A stretch of 64,000 nucleotides of DNA from an uncultured Acidobacteriota bacterium (GCA_963804995.1 CAWDSK010000005.1:416001-480000), one strand, 5' to 3'; counted from the stretch's first letter, positions 22,670-33,647 are shown. Notes: generated from the sequence alone by a model not told the origin. Translations and numbers: made by a program.

Positions 22670-24899
22670 TTAAACTTTTTCGAGTGCCGCGTAACGCTCC
22701 ACAAGCTTCTTCCGCCCGTAACCAGGGAAACTGATAGTCACCTTGGTGTCGTCGCCGTCTTCCTCGCAATCGAGCACCGTGCCGATCCCATACTTCGCAT
22801 GGCGCACTTTGCTGCCGAGCTTCCACCGCTTTGGGTGCTGCGGACTGTCTTGACGATTAAATCCCGCCTGCCCGCCTGCCAAGCGCTTACGCTCGCGCAG
22901 AAATTGCTCGGCCGAGGCGACTGAGTTTACGGCATTTTCCCACGTGGTGCGAGCCTTTACGGCGTTGCCGCCCAAAACTTCCAGGAGTTCGACCGGCACT
23001 TCGTCCAGGAAGCGCGAGCGCCGGCTGCTCTCGAAGGAATCGCGGCCATAGGAGCGCCGTTGACGCGCCCAGGAAAGGACCAGCCGGTCGCGCGCCCGCG
23101 TCATGCCGACGTAACAAAGTCGCCGCTCCTCTTCAATGCCCGCGTCATCGTTGAGGGAGAGCTTGTGGGGGAACAAACCCTCTTCCATCCCCACCAGATA
23201 CACCATATTGAATTCCAGCCCCTTGGCGCTGTGCAGGGTCATCAGAGTAACACGCGCGCGCTCGTCGTAACCATCCGCATCAGAAACCAGCGCCGCATGG
23301 TCCAGAAATTCCGCGAGCGTGATGCCTTGTTCCTCGGCGGTCGCGGCGGCGTTCACGAGTTCCTGAAGATTTTCAATGCGGTCCTGCGATGCCGGCAGAT
23401 TTTCCAGCTTCAGCGTCTCGATATAACCGGTCCGGTCGAGGATACTTTTGAACAGTTCGCCCATCAGCAAGCGCTCGTGGTCGGCAATCAAATTCTTCAT
23501 CAGGCTGCGGAAACCTTCCAGCGCCTTGAGCGCCCGCGCCGGCAGTTGCCGCTCCGCGAGCTCCTGCTCCAGCGCTTCCCACAGGCTCAGCTTCTGGCGG
23601 CGGGCCGTGGCTTCAATCGCGTGGAGAGTGGTATCTCCGATGCCTCGTGCCGGAGTGTTGACGACGCGCAGGAAGGCCGCGGTATCCCGCGGGTTGCTGG
23701 CCAGGCGCGCGTAGGCGAGCACGTCGCTGATTTCGGCGCGCTCGTAAAAACTGAATCCGCCCACCAGGCGGTAGCTGATCCCGTTGCGGCGCATAGCTTC
23801 TTCCAACACCCGCGACTGCGCGTTGGTGCGGTAGAGAACTGCCAGGCTCGCGTCAGCATCCTGGCGCGAGGCGGCGCACGATCTCCCCGGCCACGAACAG
23901 CGCTTCCTGCTCGTTGTCCCAGGCGTCGTAGAGGCCGATGCTGTCGCCACCCGCGCGGTCTGTCCACAGCTTCTTCCCTTTGCGCGCCAGGTTGCGACTG
24001 ACCACCGCCGTGGCCGCATCCAGAATCTTTTGCGTGGAGCGATAGTTCTGCTCCAGGCGAATGATTTTGGCGGCGGGATAATCCTTCTCGAAACTCAGAA
24101 TGTTCTGAATATCCGCGCCGCGCCAGCGATAGATCGACTGGTCCTCATCGCCCACCACGCACAGGTTCTGATGCAGCAGGGTAAGCTGGCGAATCAGTTG
24201 GTATTGGGTGCGGTTGGTGTCCTGGTACTCATCCACCAGGACGTAACGAAAACGCTGGCTGTATGCCTCACACACCTCGGGAGCCTTGTAGAACAGTTCC
24301 ACGGTTTTCAGCAATAGATCGTCGAAGTCCAGCGCGTTCGCTTGCCGCAGTTTCCCTTCGTAGCGGTCAAAGAGTGTCGAGACTTTCTCCAGCGCGCCGT
24401 CCGGGGCCTGCCGGTACATTTCCTGCGGCGTCAGGCCGCGATTTTTGGCGTAACTGACTTGTGAAAGAATGCCGCGCGGCGAAGTGATCTGCTCCGCGAG
24501 GCCCAGTTCCTGGATGCAGATCTTCATCAAGCGCTGCTGGTCATCGTCGTCGTAAATCGTAAAATCGCGGCTGTAGCCGAGGTGGTCGATGTGGCGGCGC
24601 AGCACGCTGACGCAGAAGGAATGGAAGGTGGAAACATGCGGCGCGCCGGGGCGCAACTCCACGCGGCCGCCCAGAAGTTTGGCCACGCGTTCCTTCATCT
24701 GGTCCGCCGCTTTGTTGGTGAAAGTGACGGCCAGGAGATTCTCCGGCGGAACGCCCTTGGCTTCAATCAGGAATGCCATGCGGTAGGTGATGACGCGCGT
24801 CTTGCCGCTGCCGGCGCCGGCCAGGATGAGCAACGGCCCTTCGCTTTGCTCGACGGCGGCACGCTGCTGAATATTAAGCTGATCAAGCAGATTCGACAT
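22670..24899 (-). CDS. pcrA: UvrD/PcrA-family DNA helicase, reading frame broken by one extra base near 23865
   Basis: AGAGSGKT, VDEYQD, EQNYRS in ORF 23853-24899. LYRTNAQSR, TLHSAKGLEF, EEERRLCYVGMTRA and the C-terminal Tudor-like domain are in the next frame. Confidence 0.88.
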
Positions 24900-25019
24900 G
24901 CAGGTCCCTGAGGAAGGACGCTTCTCCCGCGGGCGAAGTTGATGGTTGAGCCCGAGAATTCATTGTACACGATGCGCAGGCTCTCCTCCAAAAGTTTGGG
25001 CAGGCGGGTAGGTGAACCT

Positions 25020-25152
25020 TTGGAGTGCGGCAGCTCGCTGCCGCTTTTCTCACCGCGAGCTTGCTCGCGGCAATCTTCACTTCGGGCCTTATCCGGGGGT
25101 ACGGCCAGCAAGCTGGCCTGAGGGAAAGCGGCAGCTCGCTGCCGCACTCCAA
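25020..25152. repeat. REP doublet (TTGGAGTGCGGCAGCTCGCTGCCGCTTT and inverted partner)
   Basis: Two inverted 28-bp arms, each a hairpin. Confidence 0.8.
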
Positions 25153-25173
25153 AGCGCCTGTGGCGCAGGCCAC

Positions 25174-28029
25174 TCAACGGTCGTCATCATCCCGCATTTC
25201 GCGGCGAATAGTGGCGGGGTCGTCGAGCGGCGCGCCCGGCCGAGCGTTCAGCTCCAAGCCCGGTTCGCGCACCTTGGCGGGATCGAAGATGCGCACGTCG
25301 CTCGGCACGGCATCGTAAGGTGTCATGTCCGGCTCCGCGGCAAAGAAATCTGAGAGGTCGGTTGCGGCCGCATCGTACTGATTGAGGAAGGGCAGGCCCA
25401 AAATCAAATCAAAGGTTTTAAGGATGCTGGCGATGCTGGTGTGCGTGTGCGAAACATGGCCGCGCGCCGCATAGGGGCTGATGACCATCAGCACGCTGCG
25501 ATGCGCGTCCACATGGTCGTGCCCCCCCTGCGCGTCATCTTCCGTCACGAAAATCGCCATGTCTTTCCAGAACGGGCTGTGCGAGAACAGTTCCACCAGT
25601 TTGCCCAGCGCCAGGTCGTTGTCCGCAACGTAGGAGGCGTGATAAGCGAAGCCGTCCTCAGGCCGCGGTTGGGCCGTGTGATCGTTCGGTAGCCAAATGT
25701 AGATGAATTGCGGCAGCGGCTCCTTCCCGCTGGCATAGCGGATTTGGAACTCGCGCTCGAACTGTCCAAACCGGTACTGATCGGAGATATTGGTGTTGAA
25801 CGTGGCGTAACTGCGTGAGGTGTTCTCAAACAACACTTCCGGCATAGGCATGTTGACGCTTTCGCGAATCCCGGTGGGCATCATGCCGGGTTCCTCATCG
25901 TCGCCCGCCATCTCCATGCCTTCGCCGTAATTGCGAAAGCTGACCTGATGCCTCGCCAAGTGCTCCCACAACGAACCGGCTTCGAGGTAGGACTCGGGCC
26001 AGACAGTGGAAGCCCCCAGGCTGAACCGGCCGGGCGCGTCGGGATCGGCGCGAAAATCAAGTTTGCTACCGTAAGCCGCCGGCCATCCCGTCTCCACCAC
26101 TTCGTTGGGATAGTTCCCCACCAGCCAGTGGTGCCCGTCGACGGAAACGTCGGAATCCACATAGAAGTTGTCACTGACGCCGAACCGCCGCGCCAGGGCG
26201 TGATGATTGGGTGATACATGGGCGCCGTCGATTGTCGGCTCACCCTTGTCCTTTACTTGCGCGTTCTCACCCCAACGGGCAAGCGCTGGGTCGCCGGTAA
26301 AATCCGCACCCGGCGGATAGAGGTCGCCAAAGACTTCGTCGAAGGTGCGGTTCTCCTTCACGATAAAAACCAGGTGCTTGATTTTTGTGCTCGCCGTGCC
26401 CGCAGCAGGTATGGGCGAGGTCGCGCTGGGCGTGGAGGGAGCACCACCGCCGAATCCGTTGTTATTTACAACGCGCACCGTGTCCTGACTCAAGTGCTGC
26501 TTGTCGACTGCCAGCGTGTTGGTTTCGTTTTGCTTCGGAGCATGGGAGTTGAGGCGGGCCGAAAGGCGGAGGATCGAAACCTCCCCTTTCATTATTTCCC
26601 CAATGTAAGTCCCCTCCGGCCCCTCGTGGAAATCCGGGCCTCCGTTCGGTCCTGAGCCGAAGCCTTTGGCGTTGGCCACGTAAAGAAACTTGTTATCGCG
26701 GCTGACGACCACGCGCGCCGGGAACCATGCCGTGGGGGCGTATCCCAACACTTGGCCTTTGTGCGCGTCCAATACCGCAATGGCGTTGATGCCGGCGCAC
26801 GCCACGTATAGCAACTTTTCATCGGGGCTGAGAGCCATGCCGAACGGCAGCACTCCCCGCAAGCCTTTGACGGATTCCGCCGGCTCCAGCACCACGGTTC
26901 TCTTCACTTGGCTCGTGCGCGCATCAAGGATGGTGATGCTATCCTGGGTGGCGTTTGAGACGAACACTTCCTTCCTGCCCGCTACCACGGCCCCGGGACT
27001 CGATCCACCGACGGCTTGCTTGCCCACCGGAATGCCGGTCCGGACTTTCGCCAGCACGCTCGGTTTAGCCGGGTCACGAATATCGATTACGAAGACTGAA
27101 TTCGATTCGGGAACGTTGGGATCGCCGAGGCCGGGTATGGGTTTTCCCTGTACCGTCACGCCCTCGGCGGCGGCGGACGAAGGGAATCCGAAGGGAGGAA
27201 AATCCAAGCCCGTGCGCTTGGCATCGCTGGGATTGTAGCCGGGGACAAGCGAGTATTGAAACATGCCGACGTTCGAAACGTAAGCGCGCGTTCCATCCGG
27301 TGAAAGCTCCAGCCCGAACGGTTTGCGCCCCACGGGAGTGCTCGACAGAATCTGCTTTGACGCCGTATCCAGAATGACCATCCGGAAATGCGCGAGGTCG
27401 AGCACTAGCAGGCGGCGGCCGTCCGGAGTGAGTTCGAGCGAGGCCGTCAGGCTGTTTTTGTATGTCACATCGCGATATACGCCGTCGATGCTCAGGGAAT
27501 CAAGCCGCTGGTGCGTGGCGAGATCGAAGACTCCGATTTTCCCGTTGTTGCCTTCGGAAACATAGAGAGTGTGATTGTCAGGAGCGATGGCCGCGCCCAG
27601 AAACACACTTTCGGGATCGGCGTCCGAGCCGCCTACGCCGGGCGGAATCTGCGCCACCTGCGGCTGCTCGCTGGCGAGGTCGGTTAGGATGGAGATGGAA
27701 AAGGGCTTTGTGCCGCTGTTCACCGTGACCAGGGTCTTGCCGTCGGGGCTGAGCGCCAGGCCGTAAGGGTGCGGCGCAACTTTGACTTGCACGCCCAGCG
27801 GGGTGATCAGCCTGCCATTGGGCAAAACGGTTTCTCCGCGGGGATCAATCCGGGTGGGCTTATTTCCGGCGGGCGCTTCGAGGCCGGTATTTGAAACCGG
27901 CTTAAGATCCTGCGCCGCCGCGAGACCCGCCCCGCCGATCAAGGTTGAAACCGCGATGAAAACTGGCAAGTGCCACCGTGCTCGCATTGCGCTGACCCCC
28001 GACGTGAATTTCCGACTGCCGCGCATCAT
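25174..28029 (-). CDS. Secreted YncE-like beta-propeller/phosphoesterase bifunctional protein
   Basis: LSPDG repeats; KENRTFDEVFGD, WLPNDH, EDDAQGGHDHVDAHRS. Confidence 0.88.
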   Translation of the reverse strand: MMRGSRKFTSGVSAMRARWHLPVFIAVSTLIGGAGLAAAQDLKPVSNTGLEAPAGNKPTRIDPRGETVLPNGRLITPLGVQVKVAPHPYGLALSPDGKTLVTVNSGTKPFSISILTDLASEQPQVAQIPPGVGGSDADPESVFLGAAIAPDNHTLYVSEGNNGKIGVFDLATHQRLDSLSIDGVYRDVTYKNSLTASLELTPDGRRLLVLDLAHFRMVILDTASKQILSSTPVGRKPFGLELSPDGTRAYVSNVGMFQYSLVPGYNPSDAKRTGLDFPPFGFPSSAAAEGVTVQGKPIPGLGDPNVPESNSVFVIDIRDPAKPSVLAKVRTGIPVGKQAVGGSSPGAVVAGRKEVFVSNATQDSITILDARTSQVKRTVVLEPAESVKGLRGVLPFGMALSPDEKLLYVACAGINAIAVLDAHKGQVLGYAPTAWFPARVVVSRDNKFLYVANAKGFGSGPNGGPDFHEGPEGTYIGEIMKGEVSILRLSARLNSHAPKQNETNTLAVDKQHLSQDTVRVVNNNGFGGGAPSTPSATSPIPAAGTASTKIKHLVFIVKENRTFDEVFGDLYPPGADFTGDPALARWGENAQVKDKGEPTIDGAHVSPNHHALARRFGVSDNFYVDSDVSVDGHHWLVGNYPNEVVETGWPAAYGSKLDFRADPDAPGRFSLGASTVWPESYLEAGSLWEHLARHQVSFRNYGEGMEMAGDDEEPGMMPTGIRESVNMPMPEVLFENTSRSYATFNTNISDQYRFGQFEREFQIRYASGKEPLPQFIYIWLPNDHTAQPRPEDGFAYHASYVADNDLALGKLVELFSHSPFWKDMAIFVTEDDAQGGHDHVDAHRSVLMVISPYAARGHVSHTHTSIASILKTFDLILGLPFLNQYDAAATDLSDFFAAEPDMTPYDAVPSDVRIFDPAKVREPGLELNARPGAPLDDPATIRREMRDDDDR

Positions 28030-28061
28030 AACACCACTCGATTACAGATTTGTGAATCATA

Positions 28062-28304
28062 GGGAGTGACGCATTTTGTGGTGCCACGGCCGACCTGCCC
28101 CGATCCATCGGGGTCTTGGCCGTGACCGGACACGGGCGGGAGAAGCTGTGAAAAAATCCCATCAAACCTTTCACCGCGGAGACGCGGAGGCGCAGAGGTT
28201 TGAAAACAAAGGGTCATTTCTCTGCGTCTCAGCGACTCAGCGGTGAAAATGGTATTTTTTTCACACCTTCGGACGCCCGTGGCACTTCAAAATGAGTCAC
28301 TACC
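28062..28304. mobile_element. Nested MITE/REP composite with IS1-like outer ends
   Basis: Outer TIR GGGAGTGACGCATTTTG / CAAAATGAGTCACTACC; inner element 28142-28270 flanked by a GGA duplication. Confidence 0.8.
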
Positions 28305-28474
28305 GAGGTGATCGAGTCACGCCCGTTTTCTCTCCGGCATGGTACGCTTAGGTTGGCGGACGGGCAGCCTCATTAGGGGCGGTAAGTTGACGAACCCTCT
28401 GGCCCATATCTTTAAGACAATCTACGCGCCCTCCGCGAAGAGCTGATGTAGTATAGGTGCAGGGTGGAGGATTT

Positions 28475-28705
28475 ATGGTATATCGAGATCGTATCGAGAT
28501 CGACCCAAAGGTTTGCAGTGGAAAACCCGTAATCCGTGGCACCCGAATTCTCGTTACCTCCATTCTCAGCCAGCTTTCCGCGGGCGAGTCCTGCCAAGCG
28601 ATCCGCAAAGGGTATCCCGAATTGACCGATGAGGACATCCGCGCCGCCCTCGAATTCGCGAAGGAATCCGTCGAGGCTACAGAAATCGCTGCCCTGCGGG
28701 ACTGA
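28475..28705 (+). CDS. DUF433-family antitoxin-like protein
   Basis: RIEIDPKVCSGKPVIRGTRI...YPELTDEDIRAALEFA; GGAGG RBS. Confidence 0.9.
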   Translation: MVYRDRIEIDPKVCSGKPVIRGTRILVTSILSQLSAGESCQAIRKGYPELTDEDIRAALEFAKESVEATEIAALRD

Positions 28706-29064
28706 TGCATCGCCTTCTAATCGATCAAAACGTTCGAATTGAAGTTGCGGAGGCCTTGCGCGCAGATGGCCACGAGGTAGTGCGCGCGAGCGAGACGAAC
28801 CTTGCTCGCCGGGATGACCCAACGCTGTTCCGCTGGGCGAGCGAAAGAGGCCTGACGATTGTTACATTTGATGTAGACTTCGCCGAGCACGCTTACTGGG
28901 ACCGCGAGCCACATGCCGGTGTCGTGCGCCTGCGCCTCACACCTCAGACGCCGGAGCATGTAGTAAAGGTACTTCAAGCGTTTTTGAACTCCTACTCCTC
29001 CATCGATCTAAGGAATGCCTTGGTAATCCTCACCGAAAGAAAAGTTCGGATTCGCCGGTGGTAG
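28705..29064 (+). CDS. DUF5615/Mut7-like PIN toxin
   Basis: LLIDQNV, DD..LF.WA, IVTFDVDF; TGATG overlap with DUF433. Confidence 0.85.
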   Translation: MHRLLIDQNVRIEVAEALRADGHEVVRASETNLARRDDPTLFRWASERGLTIVTFDVDFAEHAYWDREPHAGVVRLRLTPQTPEHVVKVLQAFLNSYSSIDLRNALVILTERKVRIRRW

Positions 29065-29393
29065 CGCGGACCCGCTCCGGTTCATCCCCTCTTGACGACC
29101 AAAAACTCGGCCGCCACCGGGGCGCGGGCGACCTGCCCCGATGCATCGGGGTCCTGCCCGTGCCAATCCATGGCCAAGATGGCCATTCCACACCTTTTGG
29201 TTGCGGTCCCGCCGCCCTGCAATGCAATACCGTAAATCCTTGTTTTTTTAGCAGGAATATTGTGCTACTTCCCGAAAGTGACCCCTCACCCGTCCCGCGC
29301 CGGCTGGTGAAAACGCCGGCCGCGGTCCACCCTCTCCCCTCGGGAGAGGGCTATGATTCTTGTTTGGTTGCGGCCCTGCCGCGCTGCGCTACC
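29060..29393. repeat. Composite repeat region, including a CCCTCACC REP at 29282-29356
   Basis: GGTAGCGC...GCGCTACC ends, two TTTGGTTGCGG motifs, CCCCGATGCATCGGGG palindrome. Confidence 0.6.
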
Positions 29394-29469
29394 CCGCTCT
29401 TCCTTCTCCGTGGCAATCAACCCGTCCGCATGATAGCATGATGGCATGAATAGGGAGGCAAGCGACACC

Positions 29470-29841
29470 ATGCCGGAAGTTGAGATCAAGGTGGTAGGCA
29501 GGAGTGGCCAGATTTCCCTGGGCAAGAATTACGCCGGCAGAACGTTCCGGCTGGAGCGCGTGAACGACGGCCGCATTGTGCTCACCGCTGTTGCGCTGGT
29601 TCCGGAAAGTCAGCTCTGGACGCTGAGGGAGCCGCATCGTTCGCGAATCGAACGCGGACTTGCCTGGGCGGGGGAAACGAAGCCTCGGGAGACCCGGGTG
29701 GAAACTCTGCTGAAGCGAAGATCCCGGACCGAGAATCTCCCAAACACCGCCAGTACGGGTGACCCTGTGGCGAGTTGGCGATCTTTTGCGGCCTGGCCCT
29801 TGCCCCAGTCAAACGTTCGGATCATGAGCGGCCCGACGTAG
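29470..29841 (+). CDS. AbrB-like antitoxin with no adjacent toxin
   Basis: IKVVGRSGQISLGK.YAG; GGGAGG RBS; the C-terminal extension looks non-conserved. Confidence 0.6.
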   Translation: MPEVEIKVVGRSGQISLGKNYAGRTFRLERVNDGRIVLTAVALVPESQLWTLREPHRSRIERGLAWAGETKPRETRVETLLKRRSRTENLPNTASTGDPVASWRSFAAWPLPQSNVRIMSGPT

Positions 29842-30207
29842 GAGGCCCAGTCCCCCACTCCGAACGGGTAGCCATGGCCCCGCCGCCAACCCAACTCGGC
29901 GCGCCCCCTATAGCGAAAGCAACTGGCTTGCGGAGGGCAGGCAGCAGCTTCGGGGACAGGACACTAACTCGTCCCCGTTAAGCTGGTCGAGGCGCTACTA
30001 AAAATCGCGCTGATTGCGCTGGCCACTGTCTTTATTGAGACAATTGCGGCAAGGGCAATCAGGGTTACGAGCAAAGCATATTCCACAAGATCCTGGCCTT
30101 CTTCATCCTGCCAGAGCCGCTTCATTAGATTTTGCATTCTTCTTTTCCTCCAAAAGATTGGTTTCCTTGTGCATTGAATTCATGTCGCGCAAAACCAGCG
30201 GGGAACC

Positions 30208-30615
30208 TCAGTCCGGCGTGCGTCCTGCGGGTGACACAATGAAAGGCCAAAGCGCAAACTGATAGATTCTAAGATCTGGCGGCGCCTCAGCTACTTCCCC
30301 TTGGTCTGGTATTTGACCGATGGTGTGGAATGTGGAATTCGATACCTCATAGACTTGAACTGAGGGTGTTCCCAGTGCGACTCTCGCCAGGGCCGCCAAC
30401 GTGCGATAGCCTCTAGAGCAGATTCCTCCCGCGCTCTCCCTTTGATCCCAAAGGCTTAAGGAGAGTGCTTTCGTCCCGTCAGAGAGGGTGAAGGCGAGTA
30501 GGCCTCGAAAATGCTTTTGCTTTCGGAAGCGGGGAATAACTTCCTCCTCAAGGATCCTGGTCAGCTCCACTGGGCAGCCCGGTTGCACCTTGATGACAAC
30601 TGCTTGTGCGAACAT
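30208..30615 (-). CDS. Hypothetical protein, dimeric alpha-beta barrel (ABM-like)
   Basis: MFAQAV..KVQPG...EEVIP..RKQKHFRG...SLWD...P.VQVYEV; GGAGG RBS. Confidence 0.6.
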   Translation of the reverse strand: MFAQAVVIKVQPGCPVELTRILEEEVIPRFRKQKHFRGLLAFTLSDGTKALSLSLWDQRESAGGICSRGYRTLAALARVALGTPSVQVYEVSNSTFHTIGQIPDQGEVAEAPPDLRIYQFALWPFIVSPAGRTPD

Positions 30616-30779
30616 GTCACTCCTCCCTGACATTCACCTTCCGCGGGGTAGGGGAGAAACAGGGCGGCCATGCGTTGTGCCAAGTGCTCGAACTCCGCAG
30701 GCGCCACGGGCTTTTCGAGATAATCCACGGCGCCCAATTGCATGGCCTCGAGATAGCACTTCATTGTTTTCAACGGCAT
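30561..30779 (-). pseudogene. C-terminal remnant of a receiver domain
   Basis: YLEAMQLGAVDYLEKP is present but the N-terminal half with the phosphoacceptor Asp is missing. Confidence 0.55.
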
Positions 30780-30882
30780 CTATTTATATGTCGACAGGCC
30801 GGCGACAATCAATTGGACTGACGATTTATTCGGAAGTATGCCTAAGGATATATAATCAGTGGCTCCCTCGCTGCGGAATGCC

Positions 30883-31948
30883 ATGCCTGCGAATCTTACG
30901 CCCCAATACCTCAACGCGGAAAAGCGCTTTAAGAGCGCCAAGGGCACCGAAGATAAAGTGGAAGCGCTGGAAGAGATGCTGGCCACCATCCCCCGCCACA
31001 AGGGGACCGAGAAGATGCAGGCTGAGCTCAAGCGCCGGCTCTCCAAGCTCCGCTCTGAGCAGGCCCGGCGACCCACCAGCCGCATCGACATCATTCACCG
31101 CGTCGACAAAGAAGGCGCGGGGCAAGTGGCGCTCGTCGGGCCACCCAACAGCGGCAAGTCACAGCTCGTTCGAACGTCTCACCCACGCCACTCCGGAGGT
31201 CGCGGATTATCCTTTCACCACCCGCATCCCGTTGCCGGGGATGATGCCTTTTGAAGACGTGCAAATCCAGCTTGTCGACTTGCCTCCCGTGCATCCGGAT
31301 TTCGCCGAGTCGTGGCTTTATCAAATCATTCGGAACGCCGACGCCACTCTGCTGGTCGTCGACCTGAGCGACCCGGACCTTTTGGAGGATTTGGAAACAA
31401 CGCTCGGCCAACTTGATAACGCCAAAGTGCGGCTCACCAATGTTGCCCCGGGCTTTGGCATGGTATCTGGCCATGCTGGGCTAAAGCCCGGCGCTACTCC
31501 AGGCGTAACTGCGGACTCTACCGTGGAAGGCTTGCCCATCGCGACGGGGTGGCTGGCGAAGCGAACCCTGCTCGTCGCCAATAAAATGGATGCCAGCGGC
31601 GCCGAAGAGGATTTCGAAATCTTGAGCGAACTCTATGGCGCGCGCTTTCCTCTGGTGCGAGTTTCGGCCGAAACGGGTGAAGGATTAGACGAGCTTCGTA
31701 AGGCGGTGTTCGACATGCTGCAGATTATCCGCATCTACACCAAGGCCCCGGGAAAGAAGTTGGAGCGCGTCGCGCCCTACGTCCTCAAGCGCGGCTCGCG
31801 GCTGATTGACCTCGCCGCACACGTTCACCATGATTTCCTGACGCAACTGAAGTATGCTCGCCTGTGGGGTCATGGAAAGTTTGAGGGCCAGATGGTGAAC
31901 CGCGACCACCTGCTGGAAGATAAGGACGTGGTGGAATTGCACCGGTAG
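30883..31948 (+). CDS. DRG/Obg-family GTPase with TGS domain, frame broken by one extra base near 31172
   Basis: MPANLTPQY, HKGTEK, GPPNSGKS; next frame ADYPFTT, LVDLP, NKMD, C-terminal TGS (LEDKDVVELH). Confidence 0.85.
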
Positions 31949-31949
31949 G

Positions 31950-32150
31950 GGATCGGGCCATCGGGTCATCGGGCCATTTCGTGATTTAGGAATTGTGGGA
32001 CGGCAATAGAGATCGATTCATTTCAATCGGCAATATGCCCGATGACCAAATCATTCAATGACCCGATGGCCCGATGACCCGATGGCCCAATCGCTAAATG
32101 ACCCGATGACCCGATGACCCGATGGCCAGATGACCCGATTGCTCAATGGC
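31950..32150. repeat. Inverted octamer tandem arrays (ATCGGGYC / GRCCCGAT)
   Basis: About 3 units at 31951-31977 and many opposite-orientation units at 32036-32150. Confidence 0.8.
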
Positions 32151-32177
32151 CACTAACAATAATTGAGGAGGAACAAG

Positions 32178-32534
32178 ATGGGTGGTACCGTGATTGAGTA
32201 TTACTACAAAGTCGTACCGGGCGGTGGAGCCGAATGGCTGGCGCTCTACAAGAAGAATCATAATCCGATTCTGAAGCAACTTATTAAAGAGGGAATTCTC
32301 AAGAGCGAAAAACTCTATGAGCGGCGCTTCCACGCGGAGACGCCGGCTTGGGATTTCAAAATTGTGATGGAATGGCGCGACTGGGCGGCGCTCGAAGAAG
32401 CGCATGTGCGTGACCCGCAAATCAAGCGCGAGCTTTACCCTAATCGCGAGGACCACGACCGGCAGGAAAAGCGGCGCTGGGAATTGACCGTCGGTCATTG
32501 GGATGATGTGCTGAAAGAGGTGCCGCTCGACTAG
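32178..32534 (+). CDS. Hypothetical protein, NIPSNAP-like barrel
   Basis: GAGGAGG RBS; EYYYKVVPG...WDFKIVMEW...HWD. Confidence 0.7.
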   Translation: MGGTVIEYYYKVVPGGGAEWLALYKKNHNPILKQLIKEGILKSEKLYERRFHAETPAWDFKIVMEWRDWAALEEAHVRDPQIKRELYPNREDHDRQEKRRWELTVGHWDDVLKEVPLD

Positions 32535-32800
32535 GGCGGTGATCTGCTTCTTGGAGCGGTTAACCAGCCCAGACCTCTGTGGGGAGTGGTGAATAGATCG
32601 CCGTACGGGCACGCCACCTGTCCCAATGGTTTTGATCGGGATGGCGTGCCCCTACTGTTTCAGGGGTCGCCGCGGCTGAAAGTCCGCCGATATTAATGGT
32701 GGGCGGCCGTTCGGCCCGGGCCAGCGCCGCTGGCCCCTACGCCATAGGTTACGCCTCCGCCGCGCTGCGCTTGCTCGAGCTCGCGGGATAAGAATCGAAA

Positions 32801-32937
32801 TCATAGCCCTCTCCGAGGGGAGAGGGTGGACCGCAGCCGGCGTTTTCATCAGCCGGGGCGGGACGGGCCTACGCCCACCGAAGGGGCACCTGGGAGCAGT
32901 AAACAACTTTAGCTTCTGCCCGCAGGCGGGTGAGGGG
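32801..32937. repeat. CCCTCTCC/GGTGAGGG REP carrying a 59-nt insert
   Basis: Near-identical to 56798-56956. Confidence 0.8.
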
Positions 32938-33224
32938 TTACTTCACGACCCGATGAGCGGACCCGCGCCCACCTATGGAACCGGCGACACCCTTTCTCGT
33001 TTGGTCTCAGGCTCGCGACTTTTTGTCCTCATGGGACAATGTCCCACATGTTGCGCTCCGCGCGGCATAGCGAGCGAGGTCCCACCTAATTCCCCACCGC
33101 CCTACGTTTTTCACCAGGTCATTTCATCAACGGATCCGCCGCTCTGCACTACCAGCTTGAAACTTAGGAATGCATTGCCTTCCAACGGTAGTGGGTGCGA
33201 TGCTTCAGCCTGTGGGATCAACGC

Positions 33225-33647
33225 CTACTTTATTCCCTGCTCCTTCAAGTACGGAGCATACTGCATGTCGACGTTCAGAATGTGCTGCCCCAGCCAATCC
33301 TTAAGAAAATCCATCACGTCAATGCTCAGCCCAATCTCCTTGCTCATTAGCTTCTGGTGAAATTCCAGCACCGCGTACGTCAGGAGCTCATGCTCAGTGT
33401 GGTGGGCAAGAAAATCCGGGTAGCCACAACTTTCGAGGACTTCCTCTTCCGCCGCAAAGTGGGCTGCGGTGTAACCGATCAACTCCTCCAGGGTTTTCCC
33501 CACCGCTATTCTTTCCTGGCCGGTCGCCATGGCTTGGTGAAGGCGGTTGATGATATCCACCAATTGCTTGTGCTGCGCGTCGACAGAGCGTATGCCAACT
33601 TGATACTTTTGACTCCAGGGAAAAAGCAGAGTAGTTGTGACGGCCAC
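33225..33647 (-). CDS. Bacteriohemerythrin
   Basis: W...VDAQH, HFAAEE, HHTEH, WLGQHILNVD. Confidence 0.93.
   Translation of the reverse strand: MAVTTTLLFPWSQKYQVGIRSVDAQHKQLVDIINRLHQAMATGQERIAVGKTLEELIGYTAAHFAAEEEVLESCGYPDFLAHHTEHELLTYAVLEFHQKLMSKEIGLSIDVMDFLKDWLGQHILNVDMQYAPYLKEQGIK

Noticed and set aside
23860..23870. Programmed frameshift in the helicase (and in the GTPase, cytochrome and DUF2339 genes)
   Set aside because: No slippery run or stimulatory signal at any site; identical +1 polarity favours sequencing error.
30488..31170. N-terminal part of ORF 30488-31948
   Set aside because: Not protein-like; the true GTPase N-terminus is in the frame starting at 30883.
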